NCBI GenBank assembly: GCA_036339735.1
Contig: JAYZAL010000038.1
Coordinates: forward strand, 92,076-156,075
Direction of reading: 5' to 3'
Length of the DNA: 64,000 nt
Source of the DNA: Candidatus Poribacteria bacterium
GTDB taxonomy: Bacteria > Poribacteria > WGA-4E > UBA9662
The position numbers and the translations under genes are program-made. Every line of letters begins with the position of its first letter. Position 1 is the stretch's first letter. Positions 1 to 9,837 of the stretch are shown piece after piece. The notes beneath the pieces were generated by a model, which worked only from the letters and a program-made list of their open reading frames with translations, ran no database searches and was not told the DNA's origin.

Positions 1-997
1 TATTGCTGTTGAAAGCTCGGCCTTTATCGATGAGACGAGCTAAATGAACTAAACCGCCAGCATCGCGATTGTATGGGCTACGGGGTGCTCGTCGAGCTAA
101 ATCAAGAATACCAAAACTATTTTGATCATCGTAGTCCATAAGATCGAGCCAGTTCTGAACATATTGGTTGTCAGGTGCGACGATACTCCTACGAGAGTCA
201 AAGTTCTCCCGATTAAAATAATCCAGATAAGATTTGTCTGGTGTCGACTCGATTGCTGGTTGTAAACCAAAATGGAGAGCTTGATGATTCCATGTGGAAA
301 TCCGATCAGAGTCAGCAGCCGTATTTAATAGTATCCATTCTCCAAGTTCTAGATCATTCGGATTATCAATTGCTGTTTGTTGAAATTTCTCGTCTTCTAT
401 ATCTAATAACTCCAGTAAGTACACATCAAAGGGGGAGTACTGGCCATATTTGTAGACTCCATTTTTTTCGCAGCTACTAGCACGTGCTTTGTCTGCCATT
501 CTAGCTATACCAAACAGTCCAGCAACATTTCGGTCATAAGGACTACGAGGCGGACCAACCTGTAAATCAACAGGCCAAAAAGTTCCCCAATCGTCCAATT
601 CTATGGACCCAAAAACTGTTTTGATATCTGTTCGGTCTGGGGCATATTTTTTGACTCGATTCTTTAGCAATTCAATGTGCCAATCATCTTCCGGCATACG
701 ATTTGTTTCTAATCGATTGAAAGCCTCTATTTCTCCAAGTGTTTTTTTTGATTGATCGATTACCCAGTGGCCGATTTCACTATCATCTTTTTGATTTACT
801 GCTCGAGTGAAGTCTTGAGCCGAAACACCTAAGAAACGTAGGATTCGTCTATCCAAACCAGAATCTGAGCCGTATAAATATTGGCCGATCATTTCTTCAT
901 TATGAGCCCTAGCTTTGTCAATCATACGAGCTACACCGACAATTCCGGCAACGGAAGAATTCGTAGGGCGCCGAGGTGGTTGTTTGGTCAAATCCAT
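1..997 (-). CDS. Multi-repeat DUF5069-like protein (3'-truncated by the window edge; at least 3 repeats)
   Basis: Absent from the ORF track. Hand translation from ATG at 997 is open to position 1: MDLTKQPPRRPTNSSVAGIVGVARMIDKARA...DLQVGPPRSPYDRNVAGLFGIARMADKARA...DLARRAPRSPYNRDAGGLVHLARLIDKGRA. The repeat motif PRSP-x-G-x-R-x2-DK-x-RA-x-Y-x-YG matches DUF5069 as I recall it. Confidence 0.8.
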   Translation of the reverse strand, partial: MDLTKQPPRRPTNSSVAGIVGVARMIDKARAHNEEMIGQYLYGSDSGLDRRILRFLGVSAQDFTRAVNQKDDSEIGHWVIDQSKKTLGEIEAFNRLETNRMPEDDWHIELLKNRVKKYAPDRTDIKTVFGSIELDDWGTFWPVDLQVGPPRSPYDRNVAGLFGIARMADKARASSCEKNGVYKYGQYSPFDVYLLELLDIEDEKFQQTAIDNPNDLELGEWILLNTAADSDRISTWNHQALHFGLQPAIESTPDKSYLDYFNRENFDSRRSIVAPDNQYVQNWLDLMDYDDQNSFGILDLARRAPRSPYNRDAGGLVHLARLIDKGRAFNSN

Positions 998-1024
998 ATC
1001 TATTTTCTTGCCCGGTTAATTATT

Positions 1025-1804
1025 TTACTTCTTTGATTCTAGGCTAGCTGGTCGCCCACCAGAAGATGGCGGTGACAAAATACGCTTCTGCTGCTCGGTT
1101 GGTTCAAAATAGTCATTAGGATCATAGTAACTTTGAGAGTAAGAAATATGCCCTGGACTATACTTGTACAGGAAAGTACGCCTTTCATGGTCAGCGTTCC
1201 AAGGCAAAGTACCATGAACTAGGGCCTCAGTAAAAAAAAGAGCGTCTCCAGCTTTAACTACTGGCTGAACCACGTAAGGCTCAGACCTTTTAAAAGTACG
1301 AACATCATGCGGAAAATCCGATAAAAAGTTAGATTTATGACTGCCAGGAACACAAGCAAAGCCTCCATCACCCGGACCTGCATCCGCAAAAAAAAAGGTT
1401 AGTACTGACAACCCATTACGAATAGTACCATTGTGATGTTTGTAGAATTGACAACCGTTCGCAGTCTCAGGACCTCCATGCAATATACTTTTATCCTCAC
1501 GACCTCGCTTCATAAAAATACAGTAGTCATGGTCTAAACGAAAAGTCGGTCCCAAAAATTCTCTCAGGTATGGTGTTACACCAGGATGATCTATCAATCT
1601 TTGGCAAACCGGATCCCATTTGGAAACCCGACTCGTTCGACGTAAACTTCCCTCTTCTTTCAAGTTTTCCACTTCGTCGTAACTACGAGGAAAGATTCGG
1701 TCACACACTTCATTAATTTCAGCAATTTCATCTTCAGTCAGAACATTCTTAATTATGATGTATCCCTGAAGGTCAAACACGAATTTATCTTCTAACGTTA
1801 CCAT
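1025..1804 (-). CDS. PhyH-family Fe(II)/2-oxoglutarate-dependent oxygenase, HGG variant
   Basis: FDLQGYIIIKNVL start, GGFACVPGSHK, AGDALFFTEALVHGT, distal R. Likely start is ATG 1804 rather than 1915. First metal motif is LHGG. Confidence 0.85.
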   Translation of the reverse strand: MVTLEDKFVFDLQGYIIIKNVLTEDEIAEINEVCDRIFPRSYDEVENLKEEGSLRRTSRVSKWDPVCQRLIDHPGVTPYLREFLGPTFRLDHDYCIFMKRGREDKSILHGGPETANGCQFYKHHNGTIRNGLSVLTFFFADAGPGDGGFACVPGSHKSNFLSDFPHDVRTFKRSEPYVVQPVVKAGDALFFTEALVHGTLPWNADHERRTFLYKYSPGHISYSQSYYDPNDYFEPTEQQKRILSPPSSGGRPASLESKK

Positions 1805-1911
1805 TTTGGCCCATCTCACTAGACTTAGGTTTAATATTGACAACATGATAACATTTTGTCCCTTCAATTCAAGGTGCAAAATCAAGGATGACTGCCATAT
1901 AATAGCCAAGC

Positions 1912-1936
1912 ACAAAAATCGATAATCGATTTTTGT
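1912..1936. promoter_or_regulatory. Perfect 12-1-12 inverted repeat, probable repressor operator
   Basis: ACAAAAATCGAT-A-ATCGATTTTTGT, just downstream of TATAAT (1898-1903), between divergent genes. Confidence 0.6.
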
Positions 1937-1967
1937 TCTGGTAACAAATCAAAATAAGGAATTGATC

Positions 1968-2828
1968 ATGAAAATTGGACTACGAATCCCCGGTGCTGCT
2001 GGACAAATGCCATTCTCAGAATTTTGTGCTTGGTGCAAAAAAAATGGCTTTGAGGCCATCGATATTGGCCAAATTACCAACGAGGTAGTTGAGACGGCCA
2101 CTGGTGCTGGGTTGACCATCGGTACAGCTGATCTACCCGGTACACGTGACCTTATTAGTCTTAATTCAGCCAAGGTTAAGGCGGGAGCTGAGGCAGCGAA
2201 ATCCGCGATTTCTGCCGCAGCCGAAAACGGCATCTCAATTATGTTTTGCGTATTCGTCCCAGATGATGCTTCACTAGGACGAGCGAAAAATTACGAAATT
2301 TGGAAAGAAAATTTTCCAGCAGTTGCTGAATTTGCTGCTGAAAAAGGCGTTTCAATTGCAGTCGAAGGGTGGCCGGGTGGTGGTCCCGAATATCCAGCGC
2401 TTGGTTGTACGCCCGAAATGTGGCGAGCTATGTTTGCCGACTGTCCAAATGGTTTCGGCCTTAATTATGATCCTTCTCACTTAGTACGAATCGGAATCGA
2501 TCATGAACGAGCCTTGGACGAATTTGCCCATAAAGTCTTACATGTACATGCTAAAGATACAGTTTTCGATCAAGAAGCTCTCTACCTTCACGGCAATCTT
2601 GGTCCCGTTTTTCGCAATCCGCGTGGATTTGGCGAAGACTGGTGGCGATACACAATTCCAGGTGATGGTGTAGTAGATTGGCTGAAAGTAGTTCAGCGCC
2701 TAGAAGATGAGAGCTTTGATGGTATCGTAAGCGTAGAGCTAGAAGACTATCGATATTGGAAGGACTGGCCGGCTCAGGCTGATGGACTTCGGCGCTCGCA
2801 GTCCTTTCTATCTAACATTGTACGCTAA
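1968..2828 (+). CDS. Sugar phosphate isomerase/epimerase (AP endonuclease 2 TIM barrel)
   Basis: AVE-GWP, LNYDPSH, HVHAKD, PGDGVVDW, VSVELE motifs; AAGGA RBS. Confidence 0.85.
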   Translation: MKIGLRIPGAAGQMPFSEFCAWCKKNGFEAIDIGQITNEVVETATGAGLTIGTADLPGTRDLISLNSAKVKAGAEAAKSAISAAAENGISIMFCVFVPDDASLGRAKNYEIWKENFPAVAEFAAEKGVSIAVEGWPGGGPEYPALGCTPEMWRAMFADCPNGFGLNYDPSHLVRIGIDHERALDEFAHKVLHVHAKDTVFDQEALYLHGNLGPVFRNPRGFGEDWWRYTIPGDGVVDWLKVVQRLEDESFDGIVSVELEDYRYWKDWPAQADGLRRSQSFLSNIVR

Positions 2829-3049
2829 CTAAAACATAATAGATCATGCAGTAGGATTCTATCGTTTATTACGTTTTTGTTGGTAGTGGGTTTGAATTGC
2901 GTACTTGGTGAGGATTTCAGCTATCTAGACCAAAAAGTAACTGATCTATTTGTTGCCAGACGCGCTCTATTGCTATCCCGTCTGCGCTAAAAGCCAATAA
3001 AAGGCTAATGCGCCATGAATTAGTATCAAGATTGGCTTGTGATGTTCAG

Positions 3050-4012
3050 CTAAGTTGACTTCACAAGCCGACTCTTGACACCTGCTGCCAATAGTGGGAT
3101 CATAATTTCGTGATGTCCACAAAAAGTGAACCCTTGTCCTCCATCGCTAGTAGGACGACGGACAACATTTTCCTGTGGCCGGTAATGATTCACCATGTCG
3201 AAATTGGCCGTTGTGAATTGACGAACCGTGTGACCAAGGTTACGAGCAACCGTCAAGGATTTCAAGAAAACTTCAGGCAAAATAACAGCTGACCCGAAAT
3301 TCAATACCACCCCACCACTACCCAAGTCGGCGACTATCGATGTTAACAGTCGAAAATCGTCAAAGCTTGCTTTCCCAATTGCTGCTCCATCTGCAGTAGG
3401 GTGTTGATGGATAATATCGGTACCAATCGCAACATGAACAGTAATAGGAATGTTGAGCTTTTGAGCTTGTACCATCAGACTAGCCTCGGCATAAGGTGGA
3501 TTCAAATTCCACAAGGCTTGGGCAAATCCCTTACCCAAACCAGTTCCGTCTCTCACGGCTTGGATACTTGCATGATTCATCAAACGACCTGTTTCTTCGG
3601 CCATCCCGAAGTAACCCGTTTGAATATTCAGTTCCACATCTTCAGAAGTTTCACCTATCATACCAATTTCAAAATCATGAATGGCTGTTGAACCGTTAAA
3701 AACCAGAGCTGAAATGACACCTATCTGCATCAAGTCTATCAGAATTGGGCTTAACCCGCATTTGACTACGTGTCCACCCAGCATGGCAATTACTGGTTTC
3801 TGTTGTCTGTAAGCAAGAATCATCGAATCTATTAAGTCAGTTAAATCTTGCCCCTTTAGGATTTTTGGTAAAGATTCTAGCAGATCGTCAATTAGTAGAC
3901 TAGAACTAACAGGCGCAGCAAAATCTTGCACTGAAACCTTGTTTGTACGTTCAGATAAAGGGTAGGTCGTAACCTTAGATAAATCGGCAGGCGACCAGTT
4001 TTTTCTATTCAT
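3050..4012 (-). CDS. Conserved hypothetical protein, deoxyhypusine-synthase-like fold
   Basis: GGHVVKCG, NGSTAIHDFE, VHVAIGTDI, GSAVILPEVFLK and GHHEIM motifs, typical of an uncharacterised DHS-like family. Confidence 0.6.
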   Translation of the reverse strand: MNRKNWSPADLSKVTTYPLSERTNKVSVQDFAAPVSSSLLIDDLLESLPKILKGQDLTDLIDSMILAYRQQKPVIAMLGGHVVKCGLSPILIDLMQIGVISALVFNGSTAIHDFEIGMIGETSEDVELNIQTGYFGMAEETGRLMNHASIQAVRDGTGLGKGFAQALWNLNPPYAEASLMVQAQKLNIPITVHVAIGTDIIHQHPTADGAAIGKASFDDFRLLTSIVADLGSGGVVLNFGSAVILPEVFLKSLTVARNLGHTVRQFTTANFDMVNHYRPQENVVRRPTSDGGQGFTFCGHHEIMIPLLAAGVKSRLVKST

Positions 4013-4022
4013 TTTATATATT

Positions 4023-5144
4023 TTAGGCTAATAATTTGTTGTAAACCTGTTCGGTCTTTTGCACCATAGCAGTCTGGCTAAAATATTTTTTTGCGTGACT
4101 ACGGGCATTTTTGCCTAATGTTTGAAGATAAAATGGGTCTTCTGTTAACTTCAGAATCGCAGAAACTAAAGCAGCATGATCATTAGACGGTACAATGAGA
4201 CCATTTTCACCATCTTTGACAATTGTTAATCTAGCAGGATCAATCTCTGACGCGGAAATAACGGGTGTACCACAAGCTAGAGACTCAATCATTACCGAAC
4301 CACCTGATAAGGTAACTAGCACATCTAGAGAGGATAAAATTTCGGGCATATCATTGCGTTTCCCAGTAAAATCGACGACATGTTGCAAGTTGTTTTGTTT
4401 TATGTATCGTTGTAATTTTCGAAAGTAAGAGCTAACTCGAATTGACCCAATTAAATAACATGATAACGTAACTCCAGTTCCCAAGACTTTTTTAATAGAT
4501 TTCAGAAAGTCTAACTGACGTTTTTGCGGCTCTATTCTACCGACTAAACCAATTTTAAATTCTTTTTTAGCAGACGGGTTCAGTTTCGTCTCTATATTCA
4601 GAACGTCAATTGGATTAGGCGAAAATCTTTCGACATCCGTGGCATCAGAAATCAGGTGTAGGCGATAGTTCTCAACCCCATTCTCAACCAGAGGTTGGCG
4701 ATAACGATCACCAATGATAATGGCTGCTGTGGCCTCATGTAGATCTAGGTTCGCTAAATGTTTATTATGTAACCGTGAGCGTACATGAAAAACGGTCGGA
4801 ATTGACAACGCTTGACTAACTGCTTTTAAATATGGGAAATGACGGTGTTCAGAATGAACTAAATCGACCTGAGTTTTTTTTGCTAGCCGTACTAGTCGTT
4901 TAGCCGCCGACCAACGAAATGGAATCGACTGAATCTGCAACCAGCGAGGTAATCGCAAAAAGTGTACCTCTATCCCAGATTCAATCAAGGATTGGCTCAA
5001 ATCTCCCACTTTGGGGCAAACGACAATTGGTTGGAAATTGTTTTTATCTAATCCTTTAACCAGGTATTCATACTGGATTTCTCCACCACCTACTCTGGAG
5101 CCATACAGCAACAAATACAAAATGCGGCGTGGGCGTTCTAGCAT
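4023..5144 (-). CDS. Glycosyltransferase family 4 (GT-B)
   Basis: GGGE N-terminus, VGRIEPQK, ESLACGTPVI, DGENGLIV. Confidence 0.9.
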   Translation of the reverse strand: MLERPRRILYLLLYGSRVGGGEIQYEYLVKGLDKNNFQPIVVCPKVGDLSQSLIESGIEVHFLRLPRWLQIQSIPFRWSAAKRLVRLAKKTQVDLVHSEHRHFPYLKAVSQALSIPTVFHVRSRLHNKHLANLDLHEATAAIIIGDRYRQPLVENGVENYRLHLISDATDVERFSPNPIDVLNIETKLNPSAKKEFKIGLVGRIEPQKRQLDFLKSIKKVLGTGVTLSCYLIGSIRVSSYFRKLQRYIKQNNLQHVVDFTGKRNDMPEILSSLDVLVTLSGGSVMIESLACGTPVISASEIDPARLTIVKDGENGLIVPSNDHAALVSAILKLTEDPFYLQTLGKNARSHAKKYFSQTAMVQKTEQVYNKLLA

Positions 5145-5166
5145 TTTGATCTAGGGATAGTACAGA

Positions 5167-5964
5167 TTAACCCATCAATTTATCTACTTCAGTCTGCCAT
5201 GTACCTTCGATCAGTTGGCCGTATTCACGTTGGCCACCAGTGGCATCTGGACCAGTAATGATGGGTAATTTGTGCATCTGTGTCGCATTATGTGGAATAT
5301 AGTCTTGTCTGAGAAAATGGTAAGCACATCCACCACGATCATAATCACTAGTATTTGCCTTCGTACAATGAGGAATTCCGTAGTTAAAAAATACGATCCC
5401 ACCAGCCTTCATTTCTACTGGTAAAGCTCGGCTTTCATCGATCTCACATGTAATGTGGTGGTCACTATTGGGGTCCCGGTCATGATCGTAGTTTTCTAGA
5501 TGGCCACCTGGTACAATGTGCAGTGTACCATTTTCAACCGATGCATCGTGCAAGGCGATCCACATACCAGTCCCTTTTGTTGGATCACTAATGCGAAAAT
5601 AACTATTATCGGTGTGCCAACTTGTACCGATTCCGGTCTTGGCAGGTTTGTAGAATATCTGGTCTAAATGGCGAATAAAGGGGTCTCCAACTAGTTGACT
5701 CACTACTGACTTAACTTTATGACTGTACGGCAAAGCCCGATATAGGTCGCTAATGTTGTTAAGTGGAATGATTTGATAATTATGACGAATCTCGGAGTGA
5801 GTTTTCCCATCCCCTTCAGTTGCTACATTTCGGCCTAAATCTTGGTGGTAGAATCGTATCAATTCTTTTTGCAAAGCTTCTACTTCTCGTGAATCAAAGA
5901 AATTGGCTAAAATTAAATAGCCTTCTTTTTGGAAAAGACTAATTTGTTTTTTTGTTAGTTTCAT
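5167..5964 (-). CDS. PhyH-family Fe/2OG dioxygenase
   Basis: FQKEGY, WHTDN (HxD), WIALHDA-ENGTL-PGGH, distal H and R. Confidence 0.9.
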   Translation of the reverse strand: MKLTKKQISLFQKEGYLILANFFDSREVEALQKELIRFYHQDLGRNVATEGDGKTHSEIRHNYQIIPLNNISDLYRALPYSHKVKSVVSQLVGDPFIRHLDQIFYKPAKTGIGTSWHTDNSYFRISDPTKGTGMWIALHDASVENGTLHIVPGGHLENYDHDRDPNSDHHITCEIDESRALPVEMKAGGIVFFNYGIPHCTKANTSDYDRGGCAYHFLRQDYIPHNATQMHKLPIITGPDATGGQREYGQLIEGTWQTEVDKLMG

Positions 5965-6016
5965 CTTATACCTTTCTGCGTTGCTACGAATATCTTACTT
6001 AATACAATTCTTTTCT

Positions 6017-6778
6017 CTAATCAACTTTCTTATTAGCTCTTAATACGGGAACCTGGTCTCCGATGAGTTGATTATTTTTTTTGAGAATTACACCAGGCAC
6101 ATGATATTGAGGAACAAAACCATGCCTATATTGACATGAACTTGTGTTTGGTCCACTCATATGCAAGAGTAAAGAACTAAAGATGGCTACTTGGCCAGCT
6201 TTCATCTCAACGGGAATAGCGGGTTCCAGTTCTTTTGCTTGGCTTGTTTCCGCAGTTAGGCCAGCGTATACCTGATCGTTTTCATCTTCTTGATGATGAG
6301 GGAAAACACCATACTGGTGAGATTTGGGCCTAATCCAAATACAACCATTGTCTAAATTGGAGTCGCTAACGGCGGTCCAACATGTAATGTATGCCAAAGG
6401 AACTGTTTCGGTGTAACCAGAATCTTGGTGCCAATTGAACGTTTTACCAATTTTAGGTGGCTTGACTGCGGCCTGATTCCAATATAAATCAGCGTCAGCA
6501 CCAATTAATTTCTGGCAAGCTTCTAGATAAATACCCGATTTGACAAAATCTGCAACAATCTGGCTCTTTTTGTGAACCTCGCCATAAGATCGACGTCCCT
6601 CAGCTGCTTTGACGTCATCCAAATTCCCGCTGGATTTGGCTTCCTCTATGCCTTCATGGTACAACCGGTCAAACTCTTGACGAACCGCCAACAAGCGATC
6701 TCTTTCGATGACCACATCGGTAATAAAATAACCTAGTTGATCAAATTGTGACACATCAGAATCACTAATCATACCCAT
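6017..6778 (-). CDS. PhyH-family Fe/2OG dioxygenase
   Basis: WHQDS, NGCIWIRPKSH, AGQVAIFSSLLLHMSGPN. Confidence 0.9.
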   Translation of the reverse strand: MGMISDSDVSQFDQLGYFITDVVIERDRLLAVRQEFDRLYHEGIEEAKSSGNLDDVKAAEGRRSYGEVHKKSQIVADFVKSGIYLEACQKLIGADADLYWNQAAVKPPKIGKTFNWHQDSGYTETVPLAYITCWTAVSDSNLDNGCIWIRPKSHQYGVFPHHQEDENDQVYAGLTAETSQAKELEPAIPVEMKAGQVAIFSSLLLHMSGPNTSSCQYRHGFVPQYHVPGVILKKNNQLIGDQVPVLRANKKVD

Positions 6779-7317
6779 AATTTTTCAACCTTTTTCATTT
6801 ACTCTAACACGAGATAGTGAATAAAGATATGTTACTTTGTATAACAATGTCAAACGGTTTTGCCTTTTTTGTTTGTCTTTGGTAGAATCAGCCAATTCAA
6901 TCTTGATAATGGAGCACTAACTGCTCCTGTCTCACCAGAAAAGGGTGTTAAAAAAAGAAGATCTTTTGACGAAAATAATTTTTCCTAATAAGCTCTTTTG
7001 ATAGAGTTTCAAAACATTGTTAGCTTATCCATCTTTCAACTATCGCCTGTGATTAGGATTTACTGGTAAGAGCGAACTGGAATATGGCATAAGATGCAAG
7101 ATCTATTATTCGTTGTTCGGTTCGGTATGTTTGAAAAATACAGCAAATAACTGTGAATGTAAGAATAGATTTAGAGATAGGAAAGCTGCACTTGGTAAAT
7201 CCTAAATAAAGCGCCTGAGAAATCAAAAACCTAGATCTAGAAGAAAATTCTCGTTTAGGGGCAATTGTGCCCGATTATGCTAGGCCCATAGTTGAACATT
7301 ATTCAGATTATTGAAAA

Positions 7318-8493
7318 ATGAACCAATCTTCTTCTAAAAAGTTGGCTGTTCTAACTCTTATGCACGGCGTGGTGGACACCTACGCCACCCTTCTACCGCA
7401 TATCCTACCACAACTCTTGATTCAAATTGGAGCCGTGAGCGGACAGAATCGGTTAGCTGGTATTTTAATGGCTGCCGGTAACGCTTTTAATTCTTTTAGC
7501 CAGCTAATTACAGCTCGATTTGCTGACCAAATTCGTTCAATTCATTTTTTGACGCTAGGAGTAGCCTTACCAGCTATAGGAATATCTTTACTTGGACTGT
7601 CTCCTTCTCTACCTTGGTTGATTTCTTTATTGGCTATTGCTGGAATTGGTGGAGCTATTTTCCATCCTGCTGCTACCTCTCAGGCTGGACGACTTTCTGG
7701 GAAAAAACGAGGCACAGGCGTTTCTATTTTTATTACCGGTGGAAATATTGGACAAGCTGTTGGCCCATTTCTAATTATTCTGTTTTTAGAAAAGCTTGGT
7801 TTAGATATTATCTGGTTGACTATCTTAGTTGTCCCTGGCTTACTAGTATCTGTTTTTGGTGGATTATCGCTAAAAAGCGTAGTCGAAGAATCAATTCAGC
7901 CTTCTTCAATAAAGTTGCCTCTATGGCCAGAAATACGGCAACAATGGTTCCCGTTGATATTACTCTATTTAATGTCAATGTTAAAAACGGTAACGGTTAT
8001 TGGATTTGTTACCTACCTTTCTCTTTTACTGAACAAACTAGGATATTCACATACTAAGCGGTCACTTATTCTGGCGGGATTTACATTTGCGGGTTCAATG
8101 GGGATTCTCGCCGGTGGTAAACTGTCTGATATTTTGGGTGGAAACCTTGTGTTATTAATTTCGCTAGCTTTTTCTACTCCACTTCTCTATCTTTCGGCTT
8201 CGTCTATATCTGACAGTCCGATTGTGTTTATTCTTTTGTTATTTGCTGGAAATTTTGTCCTAGCTAGTTCTGCATCTGTAAACATTGTTATGGGCCAACA
8301 ACTCCTGCCCAATCATCAAAGTATAGCTTCTAGTTTTATGATGGGAGCAGCCTGGGGTTTAGCAGGCCTATTCAACATTCCACTAGGTGGATTAGCAGAC
8401 GAGATAGGTCAGGAGAGCATTCTACGTGGATTGTCGATTATCCCTTTTTTGACGGCTTCCTTGCTTTCCTTTTTAAAAATGCCAAAAATCTAG
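7318..8493 (+). CDS. MFS transporter (Fsr-like)
   Basis: About 12 hydrophobic segments; HGVVD, AIFHP, GGNIGQAVGP, GGKLSD motifs. Confidence 0.85.
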   Translation: MNQSSSKKLAVLTLMHGVVDTYATLLPHILPQLLIQIGAVSGQNRLAGILMAAGNAFNSFSQLITARFADQIRSIHFLTLGVALPAIGISLLGLSPSLPWLISLLAIAGIGGAIFHPAATSQAGRLSGKKRGTGVSIFITGGNIGQAVGPFLIILFLEKLGLDIIWLTILVVPGLLVSVFGGLSLKSVVEESIQPSSIKLPLWPEIRQQWFPLILLYLMSMLKTVTVIGFVTYLSLLLNKLGYSHTKRSLILAGFTFAGSMGILAGGKLSDILGGNLVLLISLAFSTPLLYLSASSISDSPIVFILLLFAGNFVLASSASVNIVMGQQLLPNHQSIASSFMMGAAWGLAGLFNIPLGGLADEIGQESILRGLSIIPFLTASLLSFLKMPKI

Positions 8494-8521
8494 TTTGGTA
8501 TAAGTTGTTTAGGAGGCCTAA

Positions 8522-8550
8522 TTGACGTTTTATTTAGCCCGTGCTATAAT
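8522..8550 (+). promoter_or_regulatory. Sigma70-type promoter
   Basis: TTGACG-17 nt-TATAAT with extended TG, upstream of the AAGGAG RBS of the 8614 gene. Confidence 0.7.
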
Positions 8551-8613
8551 CGTCGGGTGATCAGAGTGGCTTGATTTGAATGCCAACAGACAAATAGGTA
8601 AGGAGATTTTACT

Positions 8614-9795
8614 ATGCCATTAGGCAGAAAAATACGTTATGGAATGGTGGGTGGTGGACCTGGTGCTTTCATTGGTGAAGTTCACCGAAAAGCAGCCGCC
8701 CTAGATGGCGAAATTGAATTAGTGGCTGGTGCTTTTTCTTCTGATGCAGAAAAATCCCGACAACAGGGACAACAACTGTTCTTAGATCCGGATCGTGTTT
8801 ATGATTCCTACCAAGAGATGATTGAAAAGGAAAGTCAGCTACCGGAGGGTGATCGTATCGACTTCGTTTCGATCGTTACACCCAATCATGTGCACCATCC
8901 AGTGGCTAAAGCAGCTATTGAGGCTGGGTTTCATGTGGTTTGCGATAAACCGATGACTATGACTGTAGAAGAGGCAGAAGACCTTTGTCATTTAGTCAAG
9001 AAGCACGATGTCGTCTTTGCTTTGACTCATAACTATACCGGTTACCCTATGGTAAAGCAAGCACGTGAACTTGTGAAAAATGGTGAATTAGGTGAAATCC
9101 GTAAAGTTGTGGTCGAGTATCCTCAGGGATGGTTGGCCGAATTTTTGGAGGATCAAGGGGAGGAAGATGCTAAACAAGCTGTTTGGCGAACTGATCCTAA
9201 ACGTGCTGGGGTTTCCTCTTGTATTGGGGACATCGGGTCGCATGCTGAAAATTTGGCCAGATATATAACCGGGTTGGAGCTAAGTGAAATTTGTGCTGAC
9301 TTGACAACTTTTGTGCAAGGTCGTTTGCTCGAAGATGATGGAAACATTTTAGTTGGATTTCAAGGCGGTGCTAGGGGTGTCCTACACGCTTCCCAAATTT
9401 CGGTCGGTGAAGAAAATGATCTTAACATTCGTGTCTACGGTACAAAAGCTAGTTTAAGATGGAGACAGGAAGAACCTAACTATTTGCAAGTCAAATATCC
9501 TGATGGTCCGGAGCAGTTGTACAAGCGAGGTAATGACTACTTATCTGAGGTGGCTCAGCATTTCACGCGTATCCCGTTTGGCCACCCAGAGGCGTTTATT
9601 GAGGCTTTTGCTAACATTTACCTTAATGCAGCTCGAACTATTTCCGCTAAGTTAGCTGGAGAGGAACCAAGCGAATTCGATACCGATTTCCCAACGGTTC
9701 AGGATGGTGCTGTTGGTGTTCATTTCATTCACAAAGCAGTCGAAAGCGGACAGGCACGAGCTTGGGTTGATGCTAGCTATACACCACCTGAATAA
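8614..9795 (+). CDS. Gfo/Idh/MocA family NAD(P)-dependent oxidoreductase
   Basis: GMVGGG, IVTPNHVH, CDKP, DIGSH motifs. Confidence 0.92.
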   Translation: MPLGRKIRYGMVGGGPGAFIGEVHRKAAALDGEIELVAGAFSSDAEKSRQQGQQLFLDPDRVYDSYQEMIEKESQLPEGDRIDFVSIVTPNHVHHPVAKAAIEAGFHVVCDKPMTMTVEEAEDLCHLVKKHDVVFALTHNYTGYPMVKQARELVKNGELGEIRKVVVEYPQGWLAEFLEDQGEEDAKQAVWRTDPKRAGVSSCIGDIGSHAENLARYITGLELSEICADLTTFVQGRLLEDDGNILVGFQGGARGVLHASQISVGEENDLNIRVYGTKASLRWRQEEPNYLQVKYPDGPEQLYKRGNDYLSEVAQHFTRIPFGHPEAFIEAFANIYLNAARTISAKLAGEEPSEFDTDFPTVQDGAVGVHFIHKAVESGQARAWVDASYTPPE

Positions 9796-9837
9796 CAGAT
9801 ATTCAATCGAATTTATTTAACAAGAGGAGAATAACTT

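Noticed and set aside
241-480. 79-aa plus-strand ORF
   Set aside because: Antisense shadow of the DUF5069-like gene. The many other short ORFs nested in or opposite long genes were rejected likewise.
6900-6950. GGAGCA/TGCTCC hairpin as a riboswitch
   Set aside because: A single short stem with no recognisable aptamer consensus.
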